Notes under the pieces: model-generated
What the model was told of the DNA's origin: nothing
Databases searched by the model: none
The model's input: the letters and a program-made list of their open reading frames with translations, nothing else
DNA from: a bacterium
GTDB lineage: Bacteria; Zixibacteria; MSB-5A5; GN15; FEB-12
Assembly (NCBI GenBank): GCA_043811375.1
Contig: JBDRNJ010000083.1
Location: 1-64,000, forward strand
Direction of reading: 5' to 3'
DNA length: 64,000 nt
In this document: positions 38,721 through 47,241 of the stretch, piece after piece
How the letters are laid out: each line of letters opens with the position of its first letter
Numbering within the stretch: position 1 is the stretch's first letter
Position numbers and translations under genes: made by a program

Positions 38721-40800
38721 CCTGCAACCTCACCATGCCTGTGGATACAACTTCGGTTTCGGGCAGAATCTCATTGTAGGAGACCACCGCCAGATTTGGA
38801 TACTTGGCTTCCACTAACCGCCGCAGAGCCAGTCGGATATTCGGTGAGCAGAGACAAATCGATGCCTTGCCGGTCGCCTCCAGGGTGGCTGTCTGCCGGC
38901 CGATTTTCTCCAGCAAAACCTCCGCCAGCGCCGGCTCCACGGCCAGCATCAGTCCCTGCTTGGTATTCTGAATGGCATCCGACAGCGTCTGCTCGACCGC
39001 CGGGTCAATCGTGAAGACATTGATACGGCCCTCCTTGTCCTTGTGCATTTCAGTTATCTGGCGTTTGAGTGCCATGCGCACATACTCGGAGAGGACATCA
39101 CTTTCCTTGGTCATGCCGATGTAATCAGAGATCGTCTCAACAATGGAGGCCAGGTCGCGTATGGGGACGCGCTCATTCAACAGACCCTGCAATACCTTCT
39201 GGAGTGTGCCCAGCGACACCACTTCGGGGATAACAGCCTCGATCAAAGCCGGGTAATCTTCCTTCAGATTATCAACCAGACGCTGCACATCCTGGCGGGT
39301 GAGTGTCTCCGCTGCGACCGATCGGATAATCTCGGTCAGGTGTGTCGCCAGCACTGCCGACGGCTCGACGACGGTGAACTTTTTGGCATCGGCCACTTCT
39401 CTCAGACCGGGTATGATCCAGGTAGCATCCAGCGAGAAAGCGGGTTCATGGGTTTCGAAACCGTCCAGTTTCTCATCGATATAGCCGGGGTTTATAGCCA
39501 TCACATGATCAAGCATGAGTTCATATCCGGCGACCCTGATCCCCCTGACCTTGATCTGATATTCGTTGGGGCTCAATTGTACATTATCACGGATTCTTAC
39601 CGGCGGCACGATGATACCCAGTTCACCGGCCAGTTGCTTGCGGATGGCGGCCACACGATCCAATAGGTCGCCGCCCTGATTGGGATCGACGAGCGGGATC
39701 AGACCATAGCCGATTTCAACTCCCAGGGTATCGACCTTCAGGAGGTCTTCCGGTCGATCCTGCGGTTGTTGTGCCTGCTGCGCTTCCTTCTTTTTTCGCT
39801 CCTGCTGGACCTGTTGTGTTTTCCTTTTCTGGAATTCTTTACTCATGAAGCCCACGCCGCCCACGGCCAGCCCAAGAACCATGAATGTTGCCGTGGGCAT
39901 GCCCGGCAGCAGTCCGAACATGAATAAGACCAAAGCCGTAACCAGGATAGCACGCGGCTGACGGGTCAACTGGCTGGCAAGATCAGTACCCATATTGGCG
40001 GTCGATGCCGCCCTGGTGACGATTATACCCGAGGCTGTCGAAACCAGCAATGCCGGAATCTGCGTCACCAGTCCGTCACCGATTGACAGCAACGAGTACG
40101 TGCGCAGAGCTTCACCCATGCTCATGCCGTTTATGGCTACCCCTATGATGAAACCGCCGATGATATTTATCAGTGTGATCAGAATACCAGCGATAGCATC
40201 GCCGCGGACGAATTTGGAAGCGCCGTCCATAGCGCCATAGAAATCAGCCTCGCGAGAAACCAGTTCACGGCGCTGGCGAGCATCATTATCGGTGATAATA
40301 CCGGCATTGAGATCGGCATCGATGGCCATCTGTTTGCCGGGCATGGCATCGAGAGTGAACCGAGCCGCTACTTCTGATATGCGCCCGGCACCTTTGGTGA
40401 TGACCACGAACTGGATAATGACCAGAATTACGAAAACAATGAATCCCACCACGTAGTTGCCCTGAACCACAAAGTTGCCGAACGAATTGATTACTTCCCC
40501 GGCGTAGGCATGACCCAGGATCAACCTCGTGGACGCCACGTTGAGCGCCAGTCGCATCAACGTCACTAACAACAGCATTCCGGGAAACACCGACAAATCC
40601 AGAGGGCGGATCACGTACAGTGTCGTCAGCAGTACCACCAGCGAAAAGGTAATGTTGAAGGCCAGGGCGAAATCCAGCAGGGAGGTCGGTATGGGGATAA
40701 TCAGAACGGTAATAATACCGATTACGCCCAGCGCCAGAACGATGTCGGAGCGAGAGGTAATCTTCTCCAGCAGCGAACCCTGTGGCAGATTATCGGCCAT
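38710..40800 (-). CDS. flhA: Flagellar export protein FlhA
   Basis: RISEVAARFTLDAMPGKQMAIDADL; FYGAMDGASKFVRGDA. Confidence 0.98.
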   Translation of the reverse strand: MADNLPQGSLLEKITSRSDIVLALGVIGIITVLIIPIPTSLLDFALAFNITFSLVVLLTTLYVIRPLDLSVFPGMLLLVTLMRLALNVASTRLILGHAYAGEVINSFGNFVVQGNYVVGFIVFVILVIIQFVVITKGAGRISEVAARFTLDAMPGKQMAIDADLNAGIITDNDARQRRELVSREADFYGAMDGASKFVRGDAIAGILITLINIIGGFIIGVAINGMSMGEALRTYSLLSIGDGLVTQIPALLVSTASGIIVTRAASTANMGTDLASQLTRQPRAILVTALVLFMFGLLPGMPTATFMVLGLAVGGVGFMSKEFQKRKTQQVQQERKKKEAQQAQQPQDRPEDLLKVDTLGVEIGYGLIPLVDPNQGGDLLDRVAAIRKQLAGELGIIVPPVRIRDNVQLSPNEYQIKVRGIRVAGYELMLDHVMAINPGYIDEKLDGFETHEPAFSLDATWIIPGLREVADAKKFTVVEPSAVLATHLTEIIRSVAAETLTRQDVQRLVDNLKEDYPALIEAVIPEVVSLGTLQKVLQGLLNERVPIRDLASIVETISDYIGMTKESDVLSEYVRMALKRQITEMHKDKEGRINVFTIDPAVEQTLSDAIQNTKQGLMLAVEPALAEVLLEKIGRQTATLEATGKASICLCSPNIRLALRRLVEAKYPNLAVVSYNEILPETEVVSTGMVRLQDDN

Positions 40801-40801
40801 G

Positions 40802-41872
40802 CTAACTCAGCACCTTTCCTTTCAGGCGATAGACATAGGCCAGCACCTCGGCCACGGCTCGATAGAGATCGGCGGGGATAATCTGTCCGATTTCACACAT
40901 CTCAAACAGCGACCGTGCCAGCGGTTTGTTCTCCACGATCGGTATATCATTTTCGGTGGCGATGTCCCTGATCTTCTGTGCCAGCAGTCGCTGACCCTTG
41001 GCTACCACAAAGGGCGCCGTGGACTTCTCCGGCTGGTATTTCAGGGCTACGGCGATCTCGGTGGGGTTGGTCACCACCACGTCCGCGGTCGGCACGGCCT
41101 TCATCATGCGACTGCGCGACATTTCCCGCTGGATCTGTCGAACACGCGCCTTCAACTGCGGTGAGCCGTCGGTGTCTTTGTATTCGTCCTTGAGTTCCTG
41201 CTTGGACATGCGAATCGATTTCTCGAATTCGTATTTCTGATAGACATAATCCAGAATAGCCAGCACCATAATCACCAGACCGATCTTCAGCGCCAGCAGC
41301 AGTGCCAGCTGGCTCATCGCGATCGCCAGTTGAGTGATTGTCTGGTCCGGCAGCAGAAAAAACGATTCAAAATCACTCTTGATGGCCAGGTATGCAACCA
41401 GACCCACGATGATCAGCTTCAGGCTGTCGCGAATCAGCGTCACCAGTGATTTCACAGACAGGATGCGCTTGATGCCCTTGGCCAGGTTCAGCTTCTCAAG
41501 CTTGGGTTCCATGGCTTTGGGAGTCACCTTGAAACCGACCTGCACAATGTTGACGGCAAAAGCCACCGCCATCATGACGGCAAAGAGCGGCACCAGGATG
41601 GTAAAGAACCTCAGCATGTTGTCGCCGAAGATCTTGATGAAAGTAGGGTCCGACACCGCAATTGTCGGAGCGTTGGCCATGGTGTATCTCAACAACTGTT
41701 TGATCTGGCTGCCGATATGAGGTCCCATCAGGTACACTGTGGCGAATCCCAGACAGATGACGCCGGCGGCGTTGATCTCCGTCGATCGGGCTACCTGCCC
41801 CTCCTCGCGGGCTTTCTCGCGCCGCCGCGCTGTCGCTTTCTCAGTTCTTTCCTGGGCGGATTGTTCCGGCAT
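40802..41872 (-). CDS. flhB: Flagellar export protein FlhB
   Basis: RTEKAT..AREEGQV; MSKQELKDEYK..DG.P; VVTNPTE; ENKPLAR. Confidence 0.97.
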   Translation of the reverse strand: MPEQSAQERTEKATARRREKAREEGQVARSTEINAAGVICLGFATVYLMGPHIGSQIKQLLRYTMANAPTIAVSDPTFIKIFGDNMLRFFTILVPLFAVMMAVAFAVNIVQVGFKVTPKAMEPKLEKLNLAKGIKRILSVKSLVTLIRDSLKLIIVGLVAYLAIKSDFESFFLLPDQTITQLAIAMSQLALLLALKIGLVIMVLAILDYVYQKYEFEKSIRMSKQELKDEYKDTDGSPQLKARVRQIQREMSRSRMMKAVPTADVVVTNPTEIAVALKYQPEKSTAPFVVAKGQRLLAQKIRDIATENDIPIVENKPLARSLFEMCEIGQIIPADLYRAVAEVLAYVYRLKGKVLS

Positions 41873-41878
41873 GGTGCT

Positions 41879-42673
41879 TTACGCTTTCCCCATAGCGTTG
41901 AAGATCAATCTCAATTCACCATCCAGGTAGGTCATGGACTGCTGCAACACATACGAAAACACCGGCAGCGACATGGCCACAACCAGCAGCCCGACACCGA
42001 TCTTGATCGGAAAACCGACAAAAAAGACGTTCATGGTGGGCATGGTCTTGGCAATCGTTCCCAGCGCCACGTCCGTCAAAAACAGCGTTATCATAACCGG
42101 TGCCGCAATCTTCAGACTGATGACGAAGACATAGGCCGTATACTTGATAATCATCTCCCCTACCGAGGAAGCCATTACAACCATCCCGGGTGGGATAACT
42201 CGATAGCTGTCGGCAAACGCCGTCAGCATCAGATGGTGTCCATCGATGCTGAGGAAAATGAGCATCGCTACCAGAAACCAGAAACTGCCGATAATCGCAA
42301 TCTGCCCCCCCTCCTCAATATCCTGCAGGGCTACCATGGCAAAACCGATCTGGTAACCGATGATGGAGCCAGCCGTCTTGGCACCCATAAAAATCAGCCG
42401 GAACAACAACCCGATAATGATCCCCACCAGTATTTCCTTGAAAGCCAGACCGGCCAGTTGCCACAAAGACTCGGCCGGTTCAACGGCAGCGTCGCTGACG
42501 ACAGGCACCAGAAGCATCGAGAGCGTAATAAGAATGCCCACCTTGATCAGGTTAGGAATCGCCCGGTGACTGAAAACCGGCGCCATAACGAAAAGCCCGG
42601 TGGCTCGCAACAACACCAGCAGGAACACTTGAATCTGGGCAGCGCCGAAATTTATAAAGTCAAACAAAGCCAA
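41879..42673 (-). CDS. fliR: FliR
   Basis: AGSIIGYQIGF, DGHH, PTMNVFFVGFPIK. Confidence 0.95.
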   Translation of the reverse strand: MALFDFINFGAAQIQVFLLVLLRATGLFVMAPVFSHRAIPNLIKVGILITLSMLLVPVVSDAAVEPAESLWQLAGLAFKEILVGIIIGLLFRLIFMGAKTAGSIIGYQIGFAMVALQDIEEGGQIAIIGSFWFLVAMLIFLSIDGHHLMLTAFADSYRVIPPGMVVMASSVGEMIIKYTAYVFVISLKIAAPVMITLFLTDVALGTIAKTMPTMNVFFVGFPIKIGVGLLVVAMSLPVFSYVLQQSMTYLDGELRLIFNAMGKA

Positions 42674-42709
42674 ATACTCACACTTCGAGTTATTCGACTT
42701 TATTGTATC

Positions 42710-42724
42710 TCAAATACTGTGCCG
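42710..42724 (-). promoter_or_regulatory. sigma54-like promoter upstream of fliR
   Basis: CGGCAC-AGTAT-TTGA; correct -24/-12 spacing, -12 C replaced by A. Confidence 0.5.
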
Positions 42725-42976
42725 GATTGAAACGGTAGCCGGGGCGCCTCTATCTCGGTGCGTTACAGAATGTTACGGCAAGGGCGTAGTGGTGGGGCCG
42801 GTCGGCGGACCGGAGATGTGGAAAATCTTACCAGTAGCAGTTGGAAAAATGTTCAGGGAGTGGACTTTTAATCAACGCCCGAAAAGTCTGTTACTAACAA
42901 AGCGTCTGTGACTCCGGCAGGCATGTGGACGTCACCATCGGTCACTCAACCGGGGCAGATATCCGTCTCGGCACCC

Positions 42977-43246
42977 CTACCCCCCCAAAGTCGGCACCAG
43001 TTCGAACATGTGGCGGGTGAAGTCGGTGGCTTTGCCGAGCATCCAGGGCAGGAATATCAGCAGCGCCAGCGCCACCGCCAGAATTTTGGGCACGAAAGTA
43101 AGCGTCATCTCGTGAATCTGTGTGACGGCCTGGAAGATGGAGATGACCAGTCCGACTATCAACGCAAACAACAACATCGGCCCGCAAATCATCAGGGTTG
43201 TTATCACCGCTTCCCGGCCTATGGCCACGACCATTTGAGGTGACAT
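42977..43246 (-). CDS. fliQ: FliQ
   Basis: ISIFQAVTQIHEMTLTFVPK; start ATG 43246, 89 aa. Confidence 0.95.
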   Translation of the reverse strand: MSPQMVVAIGREAVITTLMICGPMLLFALIVGLVISIFQAVTQIHEMTLTFVPKILAVALALLIFLPWMLGKATDFTRHMFELVPTLGG

Positions 43247-43259
43247 AAAACGTTCCCTT

Positions 43260-44012
43260 CTAAGTATACACTGATTCCACGAGTGACTTGACCAGCAGGT
43301 ACCAGCCATCCACCAGCACGAACAACAGTATCTTAAACGGCAGTGAAACAATGATGGGCGGCAGCATCATCATACCCATCGACATCAACACCGAAGCCAC
43401 TACCATGTCGATCACGAGGAATGGAATAAAGAGCACAAAAGCTATCTGAAAGGCGGTTTTCAACTCCGAGATGACAAAGGCCGGGACCAGTACATGCAGC
43501 GGTATTTCCTCGGCATTCTCAGGCTGATCAAGCTTGGCGATATTGACAAACAGGGCCAGATCTTTTTCCCTGGTCTGAGCCAGCATAAACTGTCGAAACG
43601 GTCCGACACTTTTTTCGAAAGCGGCTTTTTCGTCGATTTCCTTGTCCAAGTAGGGTTTAATGCCATCGTTGTAGGCCTGGTCGATGATGGGTGCCATGAC
43701 GAAAAACGTCAGGATCAAAGCCAGCGCCACCAGCAGTTGGTTGGGAGGCGCCTGATGAATGCCCATGGCATGTCGAAGGAATGACAGCACTACCGCAAAA
43801 CGGATGAACGAGGTAACCATTATCAGTATCGAGGGCGCCAGCGCCAGCACTGTCATCAGAATAATGATCTGAAGGGTGGTGGAAAGCTGGGATGGATCCT
43901 CGACCTGGCCTATCTCGATTGACACTTTGGGCAGTGTCTGAGGCATAGCGGCTGCCGCCGTAACCAGCACGATAGCTGATGTAATCAGAATAATCTTAAG
44001 CACGTTACACAT
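43260..44012 (-). CDS. fliP: FliP
   Basis: PPNQ, PAFVISELKTAF, MGMMMLPP, LPFKILLFVLVDGW; start may be GTG 44003. Confidence 0.97.
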   Translation of the reverse strand: MCNVLKIILITSAIVLVTAAAAMPQTLPKVSIEIGQVEDPSQLSTTLQIIILMTVLALAPSILIMVTSFIRFAVVLSFLRHAMGIHQAPPNQLLVALALILTFFVMAPIIDQAYNDGIKPYLDKEIDEKAAFEKSVGPFRQFMLAQTREKDLALFVNIAKLDQPENAEEIPLHVLVPAFVISELKTAFQIAFVLFIPFLVIDMVVASVLMSMGMMMLPPIIVSLPFKILLFVLVDGWYLLVKSLVESVYT

Positions 44013-44054
44013 ATCCTATGTCTTACTGCTTCTCGCAACATCCTTGTTACGAGA
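44009..44054 (-). promoter_or_regulatory. Two GGA-loop hairpins (CsrA/RsmA-type sites) in the fliP leader
   Basis: TCTCGTAACA-AGGA-TGTTGCGAGA, and ACAT-AGGAT-ATGT over the RBS. Confidence 0.6.
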
Positions 44055-44095
44055 ATTGTCCGGTCGGTCAGACCGACAACAAAACGGTCACGCAG

Positions 44096-44671
44096 TTATG
44101 TTTCCAGGGCAGCCCGGTCTTTCCTGACACCGACCTCCCGGAAACGGCGAGATACCGATTTCAAGAGTCGGGCGAAATTATCCGTTTCCTGACACGTATC
44201 CGGTGCCGCCATGATTTGAGCCGTCTGTTCGGCGTCAAGCTCCGTCAGAACCGACATATGGCTGTCGGTCATGCCGATCAGGACCGCCTTGTCAGCCACC
44301 CTGATCAGGGACAGAGTCTTTTTGGGAGCCACGCCGGTCGTTTCGATCACCTGCAGCAAACGGCCGCGGCCGGTGCTCGAACTGCGTTTCATTACCAGAC
44401 GCTTCATCAGGTACAATCCGGCGTAGATGCAGATAACGACGACCAGCAAAGCACCGGCCATCCGCATGAGTGACGGTAACGCCGAAGACGAAAATTCCTC
44501 GGCCATCTGGTTTGTCTCCGCGTTCGAAGTCGACGGCGGTGGAATAACACTCACGTCACGATCGGCCGCTACCTGATCGACACAGATTGCCACCAGGACA
44601 GCTACAACCGCAACGGAAACCATAGCCACCAGCCACAGCGAGCGACGCGTCGGTCTATTGTTCTTCGCCAA
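44096..44671 (-). CDS. fliO: FliO/FliZ
   Basis: TM followed by LQVIETTGVAPKKTLSLIRVADKAVLIG; lies between fliN and fliP. Confidence 0.85.
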   Translation of the reverse strand: MAKNNRPTRRSLWLVAMVSVAVVAVLVAICVDQVAADRDVSVIPPPSTSNAETNQMAEEFSSSALPSLMRMAGALLVVVICIYAGLYLMKRLVMKRSSSTGRGRLLQVIETTGVAPKKTLSLIRVADKAVLIGMTDSHMSVLTELDAEQTAQIMAAPDTCQETDNFARLLKSVSRRFREVGVRKDRAALET

Positions 44672-45359
44672 GGAGTTTCAACCTTTCTTCCGGCGTCATC
44701 AACTGGGTAATCCTGACACCGAAGTTCTCATCGATCACGACCACTTCACCCTTAGCCACAATCTTGTAGTTTACCAGAACGTCCACCGGTTCACCGGCGA
44801 GCTTGTTTAGCTCAACCACTGACCCCGGACCCATTCCCAGGATGTCGGCCACGGACATTTTGGTTCGCCCCAGCTCGATTGAAATGGGGAGATTAATATC
44901 CATTAACAGATCAATGTTTTTGATGTCTGCCTGGCCGGCGGGCGCGGATAGGTGCTGGAACTCAGCTTTGGCTGCCGATGCTTCCGGAAATTCGATATCT
45001 TCCGGCGAGGTTTGAGGAGACTCTTCCGGCAAATCCTCCAGCATAGCCATCATGGCGGCTTCGGCATCTCCCTCAGGCACATCTTCTTCGTTGACGACCT
45101 TAGAACCATCCGCGGCCAGATCTCCTTCACCGGCGATATCACCCGCCGCCGCGTCGGCATTATCGTCGGCGGCCGGTTCCTCTTCGGCCGGCGCGTCCAC
45201 CGAATCGGAGTCTGAGACCTGCGGTTCATCCGAGCCAACAGCCGGTGCCTCACCCTCCACGGCCGGCTCCTCCGGTTTTTCCGCCTCTGCAGCCGACACC
45301 GCTGATGGTTGTTCTGACTGCTCGACGTCCTGAGACTCTATTTCCTTCTCATCCACCAT
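44655..45359 (-). CDS. fliN: FliN with long acidic N-terminus
   Basis: NIDLLMDI..ELGRT..GSVVELNKLAGEPVD..GEVVVIDENFGVRI. Confidence 0.95.
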   Translation of the reverse strand: MVDEKEIESQDVEQSEQPSAVSAAEAEKPEEPAVEGEAPAVGSDEPQVSDSDSVDAPAEEEPAADDNADAAAGDIAGEGDLAADGSKVVNEEDVPEGDAEAAMMAMLEDLPEESPQTSPEDIEFPEASAAKAEFQHLSAPAGQADIKNIDLLMDINLPISIELGRTKMSVADILGMGPGSVVELNKLAGEPVDVLVNYKIVAKGEVVVIDENFGVRITQLMTPEERLKLLGEEQ

Positions 45360-45362
45360 AAT

Positions 45363-46358
45363 TCAACTCTCCTTAGACACTTCGTCGCATTCTTCCACTA
45401 TCTGGAAGGCGCGTTTCTTCCCGGAAAGCCCCGGTCGGGCACAGAATTTCTTCAGTTTATTGATATGAATTTCAATCGGTTCGTTGATTTTTTTATCCGA
45501 GGGAATGATATCCCCTTTCTTGAGCTGCATGAAATCCCGCATCCTAAGACTGGTGCGCAGAAGTTCGGCGTTTACGCCGGCTTCGATCTGAAACAGATTG
45601 CTCAGATTGATCTCGCGGTCGACTTCGAGGTTCTTCTTTTTGGTAGCGTCAATCCAGTTTTGAGCCGAGAGTTTGCTTATTATCGGTTCCAGAGATACAT
45701 ACGGATAACAGAGGGTCAGCAATCCGGTAGACTGAAACACCTTCACCTGGAATGAGACCACCACCACCGTCTCACCGGGCGGCACTATCTGAATGAACTG
45801 CGGGTTGGTTTCGAAACTTTTCTGTTCAATGTTGAGCCTGACAATGTTTTCCCAGGCTCGTTCCACATCCTGGTAGAGCTTTTGAGCCAGCCGGCCGATG
45901 ACGCTGCGTTCGATACCGGTAAGCTCGCGCTCGGTTTCCAGCAGCTTGCCGTTGCCGCCGAATATACGGTCGATAAACGAGAACGTCAGGGTGGGATTGA
46001 AGTCGACCAGGCAGACTCCCTCCAGCGGCGGCGCCGCAAAAGTGTAGGTGCAGGATGGTGTCACCAGGGACATGATGAATTCGGAGTAGGTAATCTGATC
46101 GACGGAGACCAGATCGACATCGACAATGGCCCGGAGTATGGCCGACAGACTCGATCCGTAGTGACCGGCGAAATTGTCGTGCATATTCTCCAGGGTGCGA
46201 ATCTGGTCTTTTGAAACACGGTTGGGATGCCGGAAATCGTAGACGATAATCGACCGTAATCGATCATCGTCCAGACCCTCATCGGGTGAATCCACCTCGC
46301 CGGACGACACGGTCGTCAAGAGGGCATCGATCTCATCCTGTGTCAGTATCTTGGCCAC
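45363..46358 (-). CDS. fliM: FliM
   Basis: ILTQDEIDALL, YDFRHP, FGGNG, ETNPQF. Confidence 0.96.
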   Translation of the reverse strand: MAKILTQDEIDALLTTVSSGEVDSPDEGLDDDRLRSIIVYDFRHPNRVSKDQIRTLENMHDNFAGHYGSSLSAILRAIVDVDLVSVDQITYSEFIMSLVTPSCTYTFAAPPLEGVCLVDFNPTLTFSFIDRIFGGNGKLLETERELTGIERSVIGRLAQKLYQDVERAWENIVRLNIEQKSFETNPQFIQIVPPGETVVVVSFQVKVFQSTGLLTLCYPYVSLEPIISKLSAQNWIDATKKKNLEVDREINLSNLFQIEAGVNAELLRTSLRMRDFMQLKKGDIIPSDKKINEPIEIHINKLKKFCARPGLSGKKRAFQIVEECDEVSKES

Positions 46359-46369
46359 GTTACAGTTTC

Positions 46370-47008
46370 CTATTGCAGCACGAAATCGGTGTAATAGACT
46401 CCGGCCAGTTCTTTGGTTTTCATCAGTTCCGAAACCCGCTTCTTTATCTGGTAACGGACGATCTCCTTCTGCTTGGCGTCAGTCAGTTGCGCCACGGTCT
46501 TGGAGGATAGAATGGTAATCAGGGCATCGCGTATAATTGCTTCGCGGGCTTCGAACTCCGCCTCGACCACAGATGATTCCAGCTCGAAGGCAAACGACAC
46601 CGACAAGAAGCGGGTGCCGCCGGTACCGGCCGGATTGATCACGATATCTTTGACCGTGTACAGGCCGGATTCATTTTCACCGTCTTTACCATGGCTGCTT
46701 TGCTTCCTGCTGGGTTTCTTCTTCGGCTTCTCCAGCTTCTTCTTCTCGGACGGTTGGTCCTTGCCGTGATCGTCGGATTCTTCAACCTGAGCCGTCTCTG
46801 TGCCGTCCCCCTCACCTTCAGAACCGGACATCATCGGCTTGATAACGAAGATCGCCAGAACGATACCGAGAATAATGGCTCCTGCTCCGATACCACCAAA
46901 GAGGATCAGCTTTTTGGAACCGCCGGCCTTTGCGGACTGGGCTTCACCCTCGCCGCCTTCAGTTTCATCGCCGGACTGTACGACTGTTTTGTCCTCATCA
47001 TTTGCCAT
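46370..47008 (-). CDS. fliL: FliL
   Basis: TM; IVINPA..RFL; IRDALITILSSK; VYYTDFVLQ; start ATG 47008. Confidence 0.92.
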   Translation of the reverse strand: MANDEDKTVVQSGDETEGGEGEAQSAKAGGSKKLILFGGIGAGAIILGIVLAIFVIKPMMSGSEGEGDGTETAQVEESDDHGKDQPSEKKKLEKPKKKPSRKQSSHGKDGENESGLYTVKDIVINPAGTGGTRFLSVSFAFELESSVVEAEFEAREAIIRDALITILSSKTVAQLTDAKQKEIVRYQIKKRVSELMKTKELAGVYYTDFVLQ

Positions 47009-47234
47009 AATAACTCCCGTTCTCAATATCTGAGTGATCCGTCATCAACGGCTTGATTCGCACCTGACGCTTGAACTGAGTCACCCGGTCGATAATATCA
47101 TCGGTCGCCCGTCGGACCATGATCTTTCGACCTGTCGTCAGAGAGATGATTGTCTCAGGAATCGCCTCCACAAACTCAATCAGGTCGGCGTTAATTACCA
47201 CCGTGGAACCATCCTGTCGGTTGACTGTGATCAT
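46998..47234 (-). CDS. flbD: FlbD/SwrD-family flagellar protein
   Basis: MITVNR.DG...INADLIEFVE..PETIISL.TG. Confidence 0.9.
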   Translation of the reverse strand: MITVNRQDGSTVVINADLIEFVEAIPETIISLTTGRKIMVRRATDDIIDRVTQFKRQVRIKPLMTDHSDIENGSYYGK

Positions 47235-47241
47235 GTTTCAT

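Noticed and set aside
41717..42730. 337-aa + strand ORF
   Set aside because: Antisense shadow of fliR/flhB
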